Source: an uncultured virus (IMG/VR IMGVR_UViG_3300044634_001040)
Lineage: Duplodnaviria; Heunggongvirae; Uroviricota; Caudoviricetes
Direction: 5' to 3' (one strand)
Length of the DNA stretch: 64,000 bases
IMG/VR virus record: IMGVR_UViG_3300044634_001040
The notes under the pieces were generated by a model that was not told where the DNA came from, did no database searches, and saw only the letters and a program-made list of their open reading frames with translations. Below, one piece after another: positions 48,508-58,964 of this stretch (positions are counted from its first letter, which is position 1; each line of letters begins with the position of its first letter). The position numbers and the translations under genes were made by a program.

Positions 48508-48531
48508 GAAACAAAAGTGGAGATAGAATAC

Positions 48532-48870
48532 ATGGCAACTCGCGCAAACTTGTATGTAGACCAAGGTGTTGATTATTCAATCGACCTATATCTAACGACT
48601 AACGAAGGCGCGGATTACAGCGTTTCGAATAAGTCTTTCTACTGTAATATTAAGAAGTTGTACGCTTCATCTGCGGTAGCAAACGCAGAGATCACGACTC
48701 ACGTCAACGCAAATACGAGTATGATAGAGTTATACATTCCTCCAGAAACCACAGAAGATCTTGATCCTGGAAAATATACATATGATATACTCATGGTGGA
48801 TCTAAGTGGGTCTAGGACAAAAGTTTTAGAGGGTCTTATGTTTATTCTTCCAACTGTCACGAGGTTATAA
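48532..48870 (+). CDS. Ig-like virion structural protein
   Basis: MATRANLYVDQGVDYS...L.PGKYTYDI...TKVLEG...PTVTR. Confidence 0.7.
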   Translation: MATRANLYVDQGVDYSIDLYLTTNEGADYSVSNKSFYCNIKKLYASSAVANAEITTHVNANTSMIELYIPPETTEDLDPGKYTYDILMVDLSGSRTKVLEGLMFILPTVTRL

Positions 48871-48873
48871 TAG

Positions 48874-49182
48874 ATGGCAAGAGAAAGAATTAACGTAACA
48901 GTTGGTCAAGCATCTATACCAATTGGCCGCGAGAATGTTAAAGTATTCGCAAGCCAATCTGGGCCTGTGATCGTTGGTCAAGCGACAGTTCCAGTTGGAA
49001 CAGAACGCCCAAAGATATTTACAAACCAATCGAACCTCGTAATAAGAAGACTTGAGGATCTTGCGGACGTAAATCTAAACAATAATGTAAACGGCGCAAT
49101 TCTTGTTTACAACTCCTCATCACAGACGTTTATCGCAACAAATATACTTAACGCGCAAGTCATTGACGGCGGCACATACTAA
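48874..49182 (+). CDS. Small virion structural protein
   Basis: LEDLADV...NGAILVYN...IDGGTY; internal repeat VGQA..P.G.E..K.F. Confidence 0.7.
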   Translation: MARERINVTVGQASIPIGRENVKVFASQSGPVIVGQATVPVGTERPKIFTNQSNLVIRRLEDLADVNLNNNVNGAILVYNSSSQTFIATNILNAQVIDGGTY

Positions 49183-49229
49183 GTAAATAAATAAAGAAAA
49201 CGACCAAACGAAAAGAGTCGAAGAATAGA

Positions 49230-50849
49230 ATGGCCACTACAATAAAACATAAGAGAAGCTCTGTATCGGATAGAGTACCAACAGTATCCGATCTTGAGCT
49301 AGGCGAACTTGCGATTAACACCTTTGATGGTAATCTCTTTCTTAAGAGAAAGCAGGGTAATGACGAAGCGATTATAACGTTTCTTGCTAATAATCCTGTT
49401 AGAAATGTTGTATACGTTCAAAAGAATGGTAACGACTCAAATAGCGGAACATCATGGGATAGCGCGTTCGCAACGATAGAACAAGCTGTAGATGCAGCCT
49501 GGGATCGTGTAGGCGAGATTACTCTTATTGAGATAGGGCCGGGTGAGTACACAACGGAAGGTCATATAGATGTACCAGACGATGTAATCATACGTTCGGC
49601 GCATAGAAGTGCTATCATAAGACCGGAAACTGGTTTTGAAGAAAGAAATGTTTTTCGTCTTGGATCAGGATGCTTCGTAGAAGGTCTAATGTTTGACAAT
49701 TGGAGACTTGACAGTCTAGATGATCCAACGGAAGGTTTTGCTTTCTGCTTTAGACAAGACGCGGTAATAAGAAGAGCTCCTTATATTCATAAGGTTGTTG
49801 TGAGAACTACTCCGTTCTGGGACACGGTTGCGCCTCCTCTCGATAGAGAGAATCAGAACCCTCTTATTGGTCGTGGCGCTGGAGTTATACTCGCAGACGG
49901 CGCCGTCTGTTCTAAATATAGCATATATCCAAACATCATGGCGTGGGGTGCAACTCCTGTTTCGCACAATGGTATTGGATACGTCGCAAAGAACGGTGGT
50001 CTTATTAACGCCGTAAATGCGATTAGTATGTGGTCTCATAAACACTTTCTTGCTCTTGACGGCGGTCAAATCATTCTGTCTTCGTGTTCAACGCAATTTG
50101 GCGACTTTACTATGGTCGCAGATGGATCTAGGCAGATTGTGGTTCCAACAGAAGTAGCCGAGGGTTCTCTTTCCGTTCAAACAACGGCGTCGACTGCAGT
50201 AAACTCCATAAAGGCTTCTATCGTAGAAGACGCATGGGACGATCTTGTTGCAGAAGATTACACAACCGGTTGGAACTCTCAAGATGAAATATATTTTAGA
50301 AGAGAAGCTACGACTCTAATACAGTCCATAATATGGGTTTTACAAACGGCGAACGAAAAGCCGATGCTAGATTTTGCTAAGGGCTTATTTAACACTATAT
50401 CGGAAAAAGTCTACGATCCTTCGAGAGAAGCCGCTCTTATATATATGTTTCAATTTATAAGAGACACTATTATTGCGCTTCCTAATGTCAACTCTGCGTC
50501 TGACACGATAGTTACAAATCTAATCACTGCATTATTGAATACAATTCAAAATACAGAAACAGTTACGGAACCGTCTACGATCACTGCCATCAGTCATACT
50601 TGGACCGCTCTTATGGCCGGAGTCGCTCTTACTAAAATACCACCAGCAAGAAATTTTTCGACGATCGAAGAAAGTATACTCGAATTAAACAACGGAGTGG
50701 TTATTGCATCTGGCCAGGATGATCAGGGTTCGGCGCTCTTCATTGGCGGTATGAAGATCGATGCCGATACTGGAGAACTTACTGGTCCTCCGTTTGAACA
50801 ATCAGTTAATAGAATTGCTACTAGAGCTGCAATCGCAAGGAGTTTTTAA
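49230..50849 (+). CDS. Virion structural protein (cassette 2, gene A)
   Basis: IKHKRSSV..VP..DL..GELAINT.DG.LF anchor motif; paralog of 29296-31860. Confidence 0.75.
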   Translation: MATTIKHKRSSVSDRVPTVSDLELGELAINTFDGNLFLKRKQGNDEAIITFLANNPVRNVVYVQKNGNDSNSGTSWDSAFATIEQAVDAAWDRVGEITLIEIGPGEYTTEGHIDVPDDVIIRSAHRSAIIRPETGFEERNVFRLGSGCFVEGLMFDNWRLDSLDDPTEGFAFCFRQDAVIRRAPYIHKVVVRTTPFWDTVAPPLDRENQNPLIGRGAGVILADGAVCSKYSIYPNIMAWGATPVSHNGIGYVAKNGGLINAVNAISMWSHKHFLALDGGQIILSSCSTQFGDFTMVADGSRQIVVPTEVAEGSLSVQTTASTAVNSIKASIVEDAWDDLVAEDYTTGWNSQDEIYFRREATTLIQSIIWVLQTANEKPMLDFAKGLFNTISEKVYDPSREAALIYMFQFIRDTIIALPNVNSASDTIVTNLITALLNTIQNTETVTEPSTITAISHTWTALMAGVALTKIPPARNFSTIEESILELNNGVVIASGQDDQGSALFIGGMKIDADTGELTGPPFEQSVNRIATRAAIARSF

Positions 50850-50851
50850 TC

Positions 50852-51319
50852 ATGGCACGTATTACATGCAGAACACCGTCAACGGGTAAGCCATTAAGAA
50901 TAGCAAAAGAAAGTGTGTCAAACACGTTTGAAGTAATTGCAGAAGCTCCAGACTTTTCTGTTCCAGACGCATCTATTAAGTTTGCCGAAAGGGATCCTAC
51001 GGACGAGGCTCGTGCTATAAGACCAGGAGAGATCTTTTTTCTTACGCCGCTAGCTGCAAAAAATAAAGACACATCGAACGATAGATGGATAGAAATCATC
51101 CTTGTAACCGAAGATAATGATACGATAGAGCTTGGAAAACTTGAGGTTCCTGCTGGTGATACTGCTTTTATTCCTATTCAAGGTAGAAGTTTGTTTAAAA
51201 GAGTTGCTAACAATGCAACTGGAGATACGTTACAAGTTAGAAGCGAAATAAATGGAATATTTGATGTTTGGTCGGCAGCCGAAGAAAGACTGTCGAGCGA
51301 ACACAGTGGTGTGGTGTAA
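50852..51319 (+). CDS. Small structural/adaptor protein (cassette 2, gene B)
   Basis: Paralog of 31857-32282. Confidence 0.7.
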   Translation: MARITCRTPSTGKPLRIAKESVSNTFEVIAEAPDFSVPDASIKFAERDPTDEARAIRPGEIFFLTPLAAKNKDTSNDRWIEIILVTEDNDTIELGKLEVPAGDTAFIPIQGRSLFKRVANNATGDTLQVRSEINGIFDVWSAAEERLSSEHSGVV

Positions 51320-51324
51320 GATAG

Positions 51325-54300
51325 ATGACAGAATTTTTATCAGGTAAAGTAAAAAAGACGCCATCGACTCAAGCGTCTCCAGATAGATACAGGTATCTGA
51401 AACTTTCTGATGCGGAACCAGATCTTGGAGTTCCAGCCGGAAATAACTATGTGCTTGCTTCAGACGAAGAGGGTAATCGTTTTTGGCTTGATACTAGCGT
51501 AGTTCAAGGGATCCAAGGTACACAAGGTCTCCAAGGGCGTCAAGGTCTACAGGGTTTTCAAGGAACACAGGGTTCTCAAGGAACTCAAGGTCTGCAGGGT
51601 TCTCTAGGTTTTCAAGGTATTCAAGGTGCACAGGGTTCTCAAGGTACTCAGGGTTCACAGGGTACTCAGGGTATTGACGGAAACTTTGGCGGCGCTTCAT
51701 TTGATTACACCTTTAGCAATTCTGTAGATGCAACCGATCCTGGAGTTGGAAAACTTAAATTTAGCAACACCGATATCACTACCGCTCTTAGTATGTACAT
51801 CGATGACGCGGATGATAACAGTACAGACATACAAAGTTTCTTAAGAACGATAGACGACTCTACATCTACTATTAAGGGTCACTTTAGAGTATCAAACCGC
51901 ACTAATTCTTCTCGTTTCGTGTTATTCACGATATCTTCAATAACAGAAGAAACTGGTTACTTCACAGTGGACGGATCTTATGTATCCGGTTCTGTTTCTT
52001 CATTCAATAATAATGAAGATGTTATCATCACGTTTGCTCGTACAGGTGACATCGGTGACACTGGTCTTCAGGGTGTTCAGGGTACGCAAGGAACTCAAGG
52101 TATTCAGGGAACTCAAGGGACACAGGGTCTTCAGGGAACCCAAGGTACTCAAGGAACGCAAGGAACTCAGGGAACTCAGGGAACGCAAGGTCTTCAAGGC
52201 GAACAAGGGACGCAGGGAACGCAAGGTCTTCAGGGAACTCAAGGGACGCAAGGGACGCAAGGCACCCAAGGTCTTCAAGGCGAGCAAGGAACTCAAGGGA
52301 CGCAAGGCACCCAAGGCACCCAAGGAACTCAAGGGACGCAAGGAACTCAGGGAACCCAAGGCACCCAAGGTCTTCAAGGCGAGCAAGGAACTCAAGGGAC
52401 GCAGGGTACACAAGGAACTCAGGGAACTCAGGGAACCCAAGGTCTCCAAGGCGAACAAGGTCTTCAGGGTACTCAAGGAACACAAGGTACTCAAGGTCTT
52501 CAGGGTCTACAAGGAGAGCAGGGAACTCAAGGTACACAGAGCCCACAGGGCTTACAAGGTCTTCAGGGTTCTCAGGGTACACAAGGTACTGCAGCAGTAG
52601 ATGGGGATGAAGGCGCCCAGGGCATGCAGGGTCTTCAAGGGACGCAGGGTACGGGTACACAAGGAACTCAAGGTATTCAGGGAACTCAAGGGACACAGGG
52701 TCTTCAGGGTACGCAAGGAACGCAAGGTCTTCAGGGTACGCAAGGAACGCAAGGTCTTCAGGGTACTCAAGGAACGCAAGGTCTTCAAGGTGAACAAGGA
52801 ACCCAAGGTACTCAAGGAACCCAAGGCACTCAAGGTCTTCAAGGAACCCAAGGCACTCAAGGTCTTCAAGGCGAGCAGGGTCTTCAGGGAACCCAAGGTA
52901 CTCAAGGAACCCAAGGCACTCAAGGTCTTCAAGGAACCCAAGGCACTCAAGGTCTTCAAGGCGAGCAGGGTCTTCAGGGAACTCAAGGAACTCAAGGGAC
53001 ACAGGGTACACAAGGCACTCAAGGTCTTCAAGGCGAGCAGGGTCTTCAGGGAACTCAAGGAACTCAAGGAACTCAAGGGACACAGGGTACACAAGGAACC
53101 CAAGGTCTTCAGGGAACTCAAGGAACCCAAGGCACTCAAGGTCTTCAAGGCGAGCAGGGTCTTCAGGGAACTCAAGGAACTCAAGGGACACAGGGTACTC
53201 AAGGAACGCAAGGTCTTCAAGGTGAACAAGGAACCCAAGGTACTCAGGGTCTTCAAGGTGAACAAGGAACCCAAGGTACTCAAGGTCTTCAGGGTGAGCA
53301 AGGAACACAGGGTCTACAGGGACTCCAAGGCATAGAGCTCGTATTAAATTACATTGGATTATGGACAGAAGCTAGCTATGTAAAAGATACTGTTGCTGTA
53401 AGCCCAGTTGATGGTAACACTTATGTATCAAAGCAAGTCATCACATCGGTTTACCAGGACCCTGCGGTTAATACTGCTGAATGGGAACTGTTTGTTCTAC
53501 AAGGAACTCAGGGTCTTCAAGGAACACAAGGGACCCAGGGTCTTCAAGGAACACAAGGTACACAGGGGACACAAGGTCTACAAGGAACACAAGGAACACA
53601 AGGTACGCAGGGAACCCAGGGTTCACAAGGACTTCAGGGTGTTCAGGGCGAGCAAGGTATCCAAGGTACGCAAGGAACTCAAGGAACACAGGGAACTCAA
53701 GGGGTACAAGGTGAGCAAGGTCTTCAAGGAACACAAGGTACGCAGGGAACCCAGGGTTCACAAGGACTTCAGGGTGTTCAGGGCGAGCAAGGTATCCAAG
53801 GAACACAAGGCCCACAGGGCATGCAAGGGCTTCAAGGTGATCAAGGCTTGCAAGGTATTCAAGGTTCTACCGCAGGTGATGCTGCTACTCTCGATGGATT
53901 AGACAGTCTACAATTCCTAAGATCGGACGTTAGTACCGCAATGACTAGCGGTTTCTTAACTCTCGCTCAAGATCCAACGGGAAATCTACAAGCTGTCACA
54001 AAACAGTATGTAGATACTCTTGTATCTGCAGCTATACACTATCACGATCCAGTCAGAGTTGAATCACCGATAAATCTTAATGCTGCATATGATAATGGTA
54101 CTTCTGGTGTAGGTGCAACTCTTACGAATGTCGGAACACAAGCAACTCTTATCATAGATGGCATTACTTTAGATATTGATGATCGTGTCTTATTATATCA
54201 ACAAGCAAATACTGCACATAACGGCGTATATACAGTTTCAGACACTGGATCTGCGAACACTGCTTGGGTTCTTATTCGTTCAACGGATGCGGATTCTTAT

Positions 54301-57300
54301 AGTCCAAGCAGTCCTGGTAACCTAGGAAAAGGTGACGCATTCTATGTTCTTGAAGGTGACACTGGGGCTGGTCAACTTTACGTGATGACGACTGAAGGCA
54401 CTATCGTTTTTGGAAGCACGGGTATAAACTTCTCTCAGATAAGTTCTTCTCAGATTTATAAAGCAGGGGCTGGATTAGAACTTAATGGTGTAGAATTCTC
54501 TATAGACAACACCGCTAACATCGTAGTAAGCGGAGTCACTATCCAAAGTGTTGGGCCAGTAATTAATTCGAGCGGTGAATGGGTTGGATCTCCAACAAAC
54601 CTACAAGGCCCGCAGGGTACTCAGGGTCTTCAGGGTACTCAGGGTCTTCAGGGTACTCAAGGTACTCAGGGTACTCAAGGTACTCAGGGAACACAGGGTC
54701 TTCAGGGAACACAGGGTCTTCAGGGTACTCAAGGTACTCAGGGTACTCAAGGTACTCAGGGAACACAGGGTCTTCAGGGAACACAGGGTCTTCAGGGTAC
54801 TCAGGGAACTCAGGGAACACAGGGTCTTCAGGGTACTCAAGGTACTCAAGGTACTCAAGGTACTCAGGGTCTTCAGGGTACTCAAGGTACTCAGGGTACT
54901 CAGGGTACACAAGGCACTCAAGGTCTTCAAGGCGAGCAGGGTCTTCAGGGTACTCAAGGAACTCAAGGTACTCAAGGAACTCAAGGTACTCAAGGAACTC
55001 AGGGAACTCAGGGAACACAGGGTCTTCAGGGTACTCAAGGAACTCAAGGAACTCAAGGTATACAAGGAACTCAGGGCACTCAAGGTCTTCAGGGCACACA
55101 AGGTACGCAAGGAACTCAGGGAACTCAAGGTACGCAAGGAACTCAGGGAACCCAAGGGCTTCAGGGTACTCAAGGAACTCAAGGAACACAAGGAACCCAA
55201 GGTCTTCAGGGTACTCAGGGTACTCAAGGAACCCAAGGTCTTCAAGGAACTCAGGGCACTCAAGGGACACAGGGTCTTCAAGGAACTCAGGGCACTCAAG
55301 GGACACAGGGTCTTCAAGGAACTGGTGTTCAAGGATTACAAGGTCTGGATGGTGGTTTTAATAATTGGTTAGTAAAAACAACTACATACACCGCAGTTTC
55401 CGGAGACAGAATTCTAGCAGACACTTCTGGGGGAACATTCACAATTAATCTTCCGGCTGCTCCTTCTACAGGCGATTTTGTAATTATTGCAGATCCAGCC
55501 GACTGGGCGGCCACCAACCTTACGGTTGGAAGAAACGGAAGCACAATCGAAGGAGTTTCAGACGACGTTGCAATGGATGTGAAAGGTTTCTCTGTAGAAT
55601 TTGCTTATGATGGCTCTACTTGGGAAATATTTACTGCAATTGGTGTTCAAGGTATTCAAGGTGTACAGGGTCCTCAAGGACTCCAAGGTAGACAAGGTAC
55701 TCAAGGTCTTCAGGGAACTCAAGGCACTCAAGGTGTACAGGGTCCTCAAGGACTCCAAGGTAGACAAGGTACTCAAGGTCTTCAGGGAACTCAAGGCACT
55801 CAAGGTCTTCAGGGAACTCAAGGCACTCAAGGTCTTCAAGGAACACAAGGAACGCAGGGAACTCAAGGCACTCAAGGTCTTCAGGGAACTCAAGGTACTC
55901 AAGGTCTTCAAGGAACACAAGGAACGCAGGGAACTCAAGGTACTCAAGGTCTACAGGGTACTCAGGGAACTCAAGGTCTACAGGGTCCTCAGGGAACTCA
56001 AGGTCTACAGGGTAGACAGGGTGTACAAGGATTTGATGGCGGTTTGCTTACACCCGGTAGTTATGTAGTTCGTGCAGTTAAAGACATAGCACAAACTGTC
56101 ACCAACGGCGCCGATACAGTTGTTACATTTTCAGATGATTTTGATCCACAGAATTGGTTCGCTTCAAATAGGTTCCAACCAACTGTTGCCGGTTATTACA
56201 ATATTACTGCTCAGGTTTGGTGGGATGCTGGCGCAGTAACTAATAATCAAAACAATATCCAACTTAGAAAAAATGGAACTACGCAGCTAGCAATTAGTCA
56301 AGATCAAATCATGACTGGTTCTGGTTATGCAATGACATTTTCCACTATTGCATATTTTAACGGTACAACAGATTATGTCGAAGTTACTGCATTTACTGGA
56401 AATACAACTTCTCAGAACATTAATAGCAGTGCAAACGGCACATATTTTACAGCTGCATTGTATGCATATGGCCCGCAGGGTATTCAAGGTATTCAAGGTA
56501 CAACTGGAACTCAAGGTTTCCAAGGTATTCAAGGAACTCAGGGAACACAAGGTACACAAGGGACTCAGGGCACGCAGGGTACTCAAGGCCTACAAGGTAG
56601 ACAAGGTTTCCAAGGTATTCAAGGTACCCAAGGAACTCAGGGTACAACTGGATCCCAAGGTCTCCAAGGTATTCAAGGTATTCAAGGTACTCAAGGAACC
56701 CAAGGTACGACTGGATCTCAAGGCCTACAAGGTAGACAAGGTTTCCAAGGTATTCAAGGAACTCAGGGAACACAAGGTACAACTGGAACTCAAGGTTTCC
56801 AAGGTATTCAAGGTATTCAAGGTACTCAAGGAACCCAAGGTACGACTGGATCTCAAGGTCTTCAGGGAACTCAAGGAACTCAAGGAACGCAGGGTCTTCA
56901 GGGTACTCAGGGTACACAAGGTCTTCAGGGTACTCAGGGTACTCAAGGTCTTCAGGGAACTCAAGGGACACAGGGTCTTCAGGGTACTCGGGGTACACAA
57001 GGTCTTCAGGGTACTCAGGGTACTCAGGGTACTCAAGGCATTCAAGGTATTCAAGGGGTTGGCTCTCAAGGTATTGGCGGAACAGGTTCACAGGGTGTTC
57101 AAGGTATCCAAGGTACATCAGGACCGTCTACTACGATTAACGCGTCTGACGATACCACCACTAATGCGACTCATTACCCAGTATTCGTAGCAGCGGCTGG
57201 ATCGAATCAAACGGCAGAAGTTTCTACAACTAAACTGTATTTCAATCCTTCGACCGGTGATCTCTCGGCGACTAACTTCAACTCGCTTTCAGACGAAACG

Positions 57301-57558
57301 TTTAAAGAAAACTTTATGTCTATTGATAACAGCTTTGATATTCTAGAAAGAATAAATACATATAGTTTCGATTGGAAAGATAACAAAACTAAGAGTTACG
57401 GTGTGATTGCGCAGGAACTTGAAAAGATAATGCCAGAACTCGTGAAAACAAACGGAAACGGTTGGAAGACGGTTGCATATACTCCACTTATTGCGATCTT
57501 AATAGAAGCAGTTAAGAGACTAAAAGCCGATATCGAAAACATAAAGAGAGATAACTAA
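51325..57558 (+). CDS. Giant multi-domain collagen-like (Gly-Thr/Leu-Gln) fibre with S74 chaperone (cassette 2, gene C)
   Basis: 2077 aa; six collagen tracts separated by globular domains; C-terminal LSDETFK...GVIAQEL...LIEAVK. Confidence 0.9.
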   Translation: MTEFLSGKVKKTPSTQASPDRYRYLKLSDAEPDLGVPAGNNYVLASDEEGNRFWLDTSVVQGIQGTQGLQGRQGLQGFQGTQGSQGTQGLQGSLGFQGIQGAQGSQGTQGSQGTQGIDGNFGGASFDYTFSNSVDATDPGVGKLKFSNTDITTALSMYIDDADDNSTDIQSFLRTIDDSTSTIKGHFRVSNRTNSSRFVLFTISSITEETGYFTVDGSYVSGSVSSFNNNEDVIITFARTGDIGDTGLQGVQGTQGTQGIQGTQGTQGLQGTQGTQGTQGTQGTQGTQGLQGEQGTQGTQGLQGTQGTQGTQGTQGLQGEQGTQGTQGTQGTQGTQGTQGTQGTQGTQGLQGEQGTQGTQGTQGTQGTQGTQGLQGEQGLQGTQGTQGTQGLQGLQGEQGTQGTQSPQGLQGLQGSQGTQGTAAVDGDEGAQGMQGLQGTQGTGTQGTQGIQGTQGTQGLQGTQGTQGLQGTQGTQGLQGTQGTQGLQGEQGTQGTQGTQGTQGLQGTQGTQGLQGEQGLQGTQGTQGTQGTQGLQGTQGTQGLQGEQGLQGTQGTQGTQGTQGTQGLQGEQGLQGTQGTQGTQGTQGTQGTQGLQGTQGTQGTQGLQGEQGLQGTQGTQGTQGTQGTQGLQGEQGTQGTQGLQGEQGTQGTQGLQGEQGTQGLQGLQGIELVLNYIGLWTEASYVKDTVAVSPVDGNTYVSKQVITSVYQDPAVNTAEWELFVLQGTQGLQGTQGTQGLQGTQGTQGTQGLQGTQGTQGTQGTQGSQGLQGVQGEQGIQGTQGTQGTQGTQGVQGEQGLQGTQGTQGTQGSQGLQGVQGEQGIQGTQGPQGMQGLQGDQGLQGIQGSTAGDAATLDGLDSLQFLRSDVSTAMTSGFLTLAQDPTGNLQAVTKQYVDTLVSAAIHYHDPVRVESPINLNAAYDNGTSGVGATLTNVGTQATLIIDGITLDIDDRVLLYQQANTAHNGVYTVSDTGSANTAWVLIRSTDADSYSPSSPGNLGKGDAFYVLEGDTGAGQLYVMTTEGTIVFGSTGINFSQISSSQIYKAGAGLELNGVEFSIDNTANIVVSGVTIQSVGPVINSSGEWVGSPTNLQGPQGTQGLQGTQGLQGTQGTQGTQGTQGTQGLQGTQGLQGTQGTQGTQGTQGTQGLQGTQGLQGTQGTQGTQGLQGTQGTQGTQGTQGLQGTQGTQGTQGTQGTQGLQGEQGLQGTQGTQGTQGTQGTQGTQGTQGTQGLQGTQGTQGTQGIQGTQGTQGLQGTQGTQGTQGTQGTQGTQGTQGLQGTQGTQGTQGTQGLQGTQGTQGTQGLQGTQGTQGTQGLQGTQGTQGTQGLQGTGVQGLQGLDGGFNNWLVKTTTYTAVSGDRILADTSGGTFTINLPAAPSTGDFVIIADPADWAATNLTVGRNGSTIEGVSDDVAMDVKGFSVEFAYDGSTWEIFTAIGVQGIQGVQGPQGLQGRQGTQGLQGTQGTQGVQGPQGLQGRQGTQGLQGTQGTQGLQGTQGTQGLQGTQGTQGTQGTQGLQGTQGTQGLQGTQGTQGTQGTQGLQGTQGTQGLQGPQGTQGLQGRQGVQGFDGGLLTPGSYVVRAVKDIAQTVTNGADTVVTFSDDFDPQNWFASNRFQPTVAGYYNITAQVWWDAGAVTNNQNNIQLRKNGTTQLAISQDQIMTGSGYAMTFSTIAYFNGTTDYVEVTAFTGNTTSQNINSSANGTYFTAALYAYGPQGIQGIQGTTGTQGFQGIQGTQGTQGTQGTQGTQGTQGLQGRQGFQGIQGTQGTQGTTGSQGLQGIQGIQGTQGTQGTTGSQGLQGRQGFQGIQGTQGTQGTTGTQGFQGIQGIQGTQGTQGTTGSQGLQGTQGTQGTQGLQGTQGTQGLQGTQGTQGLQGTQGTQGLQGTRGTQGLQGTQGTQGTQGIQGIQGVGSQGIGGTGSQGVQGIQGTSGPSTTINASDDTTTNATHYPVFVAAAGSNQTAEVSTTKLYFNPSTGDLSATNFNSLSDETFKENFMSIDNSFDILERINTYSFDWKDNKTKSYGVIAQELEKIMPELVKTNGNGWKTVAYTPLIAILIEAVKRLKADIENIKRDN
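51500..57125 (+). repeat. Six tracts of 9-bp-period repeats (GGTACTCAA / GGTCTTCAG variants)
   Basis: Tracts at about 51500-51675, 52060-53330, 53500-53865, 54605-55345, 55645-56035 and 56470-57120. Confidence 0.95.
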
Positions 57559-57827
57559 TGCCAGTATCGTTAAGGACGTTAGTAGGAGTTAATGTTAGTA
57601 TTGGCGGAATAACCGCTGATGGCGCAGGAAATATAGGCATTGGGACGTTAATCCCATCTCAAAAACTGCACGTGGAAGGCAATGTTAGAATAACTGGAGC
57701 CATATATGACAGCACAAATTCACCTGGATCTTTTGGACAAGTATTACACTCTTCTGCAAACAGTGTCTTTTGGGATACACCTGTAACGACGGCAGACGCA
57801 GTTGCATACGCAATCGCATTGGGTTAA
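57558..57827 (+). CDS. Small fibre-like protein
   Basis: GNIGIGT..PSQKLHVEGN fibre repeat; ends AVAYAIALG. Confidence 0.7.
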   Translation: MPVSLRTLVGVNVSIGGITADGAGNIGIGTLIPSQKLHVEGNVRITGAIYDSTNSPGSFGQVLHSSANSVFWDTPVTTADAVAYAIALG

Positions 57828-57899
57828 ATAATCAACGCTATCGTGGCAGATAAATAAATGTAGTTGAGATAACTATATTATGCGGAGACTTATTACACT

Positions 57900-58964
57900 A
57901 TGTCATTTTTTGAACACATAAAAGATTCATATCAAGTAGAGCAAACATACAGATATGAAACTTCTATCACTCTAGCACAACAAGCATTAACGGACGGCGG
58001 CAGCATTCATCCGCTTATCGTTCCAGTCGAACTCACCGGTGGAACTGGTCTCATGAACCCATCCATCTTGGTTCATAATGATAAATTGATTGTTAATGTA
58101 AGATGCACCAACTATCTATTCTATCATTCAGAGAAAAAGAAATTCGTCCATCCTTGGGGGCCTCTAACATATCTTCACCCCGAAGACGATATGAAGCTTC
58201 GCACTGAAAACTACTACTGCGAACTTGATGATAACTATAACATTACTAGATTCAATCACGTAGATACTTCAAGATTGGACAAAGAACCAATCTGGGACTT
58301 CGTAGGACTTGAAGACGCAAGACTCGTGGAATGGGGCGGAAAGCTCTATATGACTGGAGTTCGTAGAGATACGACTACAAACGGACAGGGTCGTATGGAA
58401 CTGTCAGAGATAGAAGTTCTGGAAAACGAAGTCATAGAAGTGTCAAGAACTCGTATCGGTGCACCTGGTGAAGACAAGTCTTATTGCGAAAAGAATTGGA
58501 TGCCAGTTCTAGATCAAAACTATACGTACATAAAGTGGTGCAACCCAACAGAAGTAGTTCTTGTAGATATAGAAAAATCTAAAGCAGAAACAGCCTTTCT
58601 TAGCGAGAAGCGTCTGTTTAATGGAAATCCTAAGGGTCTTACAGAACCTCGTGGAGGATCGCAAGTCATTCCGTTCGGTGATCACTATATTGCTCTTACT
58701 CACGAGGTGGATCTGTTTAAAGGAGAGAAGCGAGTAAAGGACGGAGTATATCGGCATCGCTTTATAGTATGGGATAGGAACTGGGACATAGTAGGTTTCT
58801 CTGATGACTTTACCATTATGGGAGGACATACTGAGTTTACGTGCGGAATGTGTCACCATAAAGGAAAGATCCTCATCACGTTTGGTTTTCAAGACAACGT
58901 TGCATACGTATTAGAAACTCCATATGCAACCGTAGAAAAGTTTTTAAATTATGCAAAGGGTTAA
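57900..58964 (+). CDS. Five-bladed beta-propeller glycosidase/phosphorylase-like protein (GH43/GH130-like)
   Basis: MNPSI, GLEDARL, EKNWMP, RGGSQ, EF..G, FGFQD. Confidence 0.72.
   Translation: MSFFEHIKDSYQVEQTYRYETSITLAQQALTDGGSIHPLIVPVELTGGTGLMNPSILVHNDKLIVNVRCTNYLFYHSEKKKFVHPWGPLTYLHPEDDMKLRTENYYCELDDNYNITRFNHVDTSRLDKEPIWDFVGLEDARLVEWGGKLYMTGVRRDTTTNGQGRMELSEIEVLENEVIEVSRTRIGAPGEDKSYCEKNWMPVLDQNYTYIKWCNPTEVVLVDIEKSKAETAFLSEKRLFNGNPKGLTEPRGGSQVIPFGDHYIALTHEVDLFKGEKRVKDGVYRHRFIVWDRNWDIVGFSDDFTIMGGHTEFTCGMCHHKGKILITFGFQDNVAYVLETPYATVEKFLNYAKG

Noticed and set aside
52060..55345. Possible CRISPR array
   Set aside because: Repeats are in-frame codon triplets with no unique spacers, and no cas genes are present.
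51494..57190. Many long alternative-frame and antisense ORFs (LEYPE, LKTLS, KVFRE, SGYSR repeats)
   Set aside because: Shadows of the 9-bp collagen repeat, which lacks stops in several frames; no RBS or independent signal.
28201..57558. Diversity-generating retroelement or invertible fibre-tip system
   Set aside because: No reverse transcriptase or invertase recognised; fibre C-termini are diverged paralogs, not adenine-specific TR/VR pairs.
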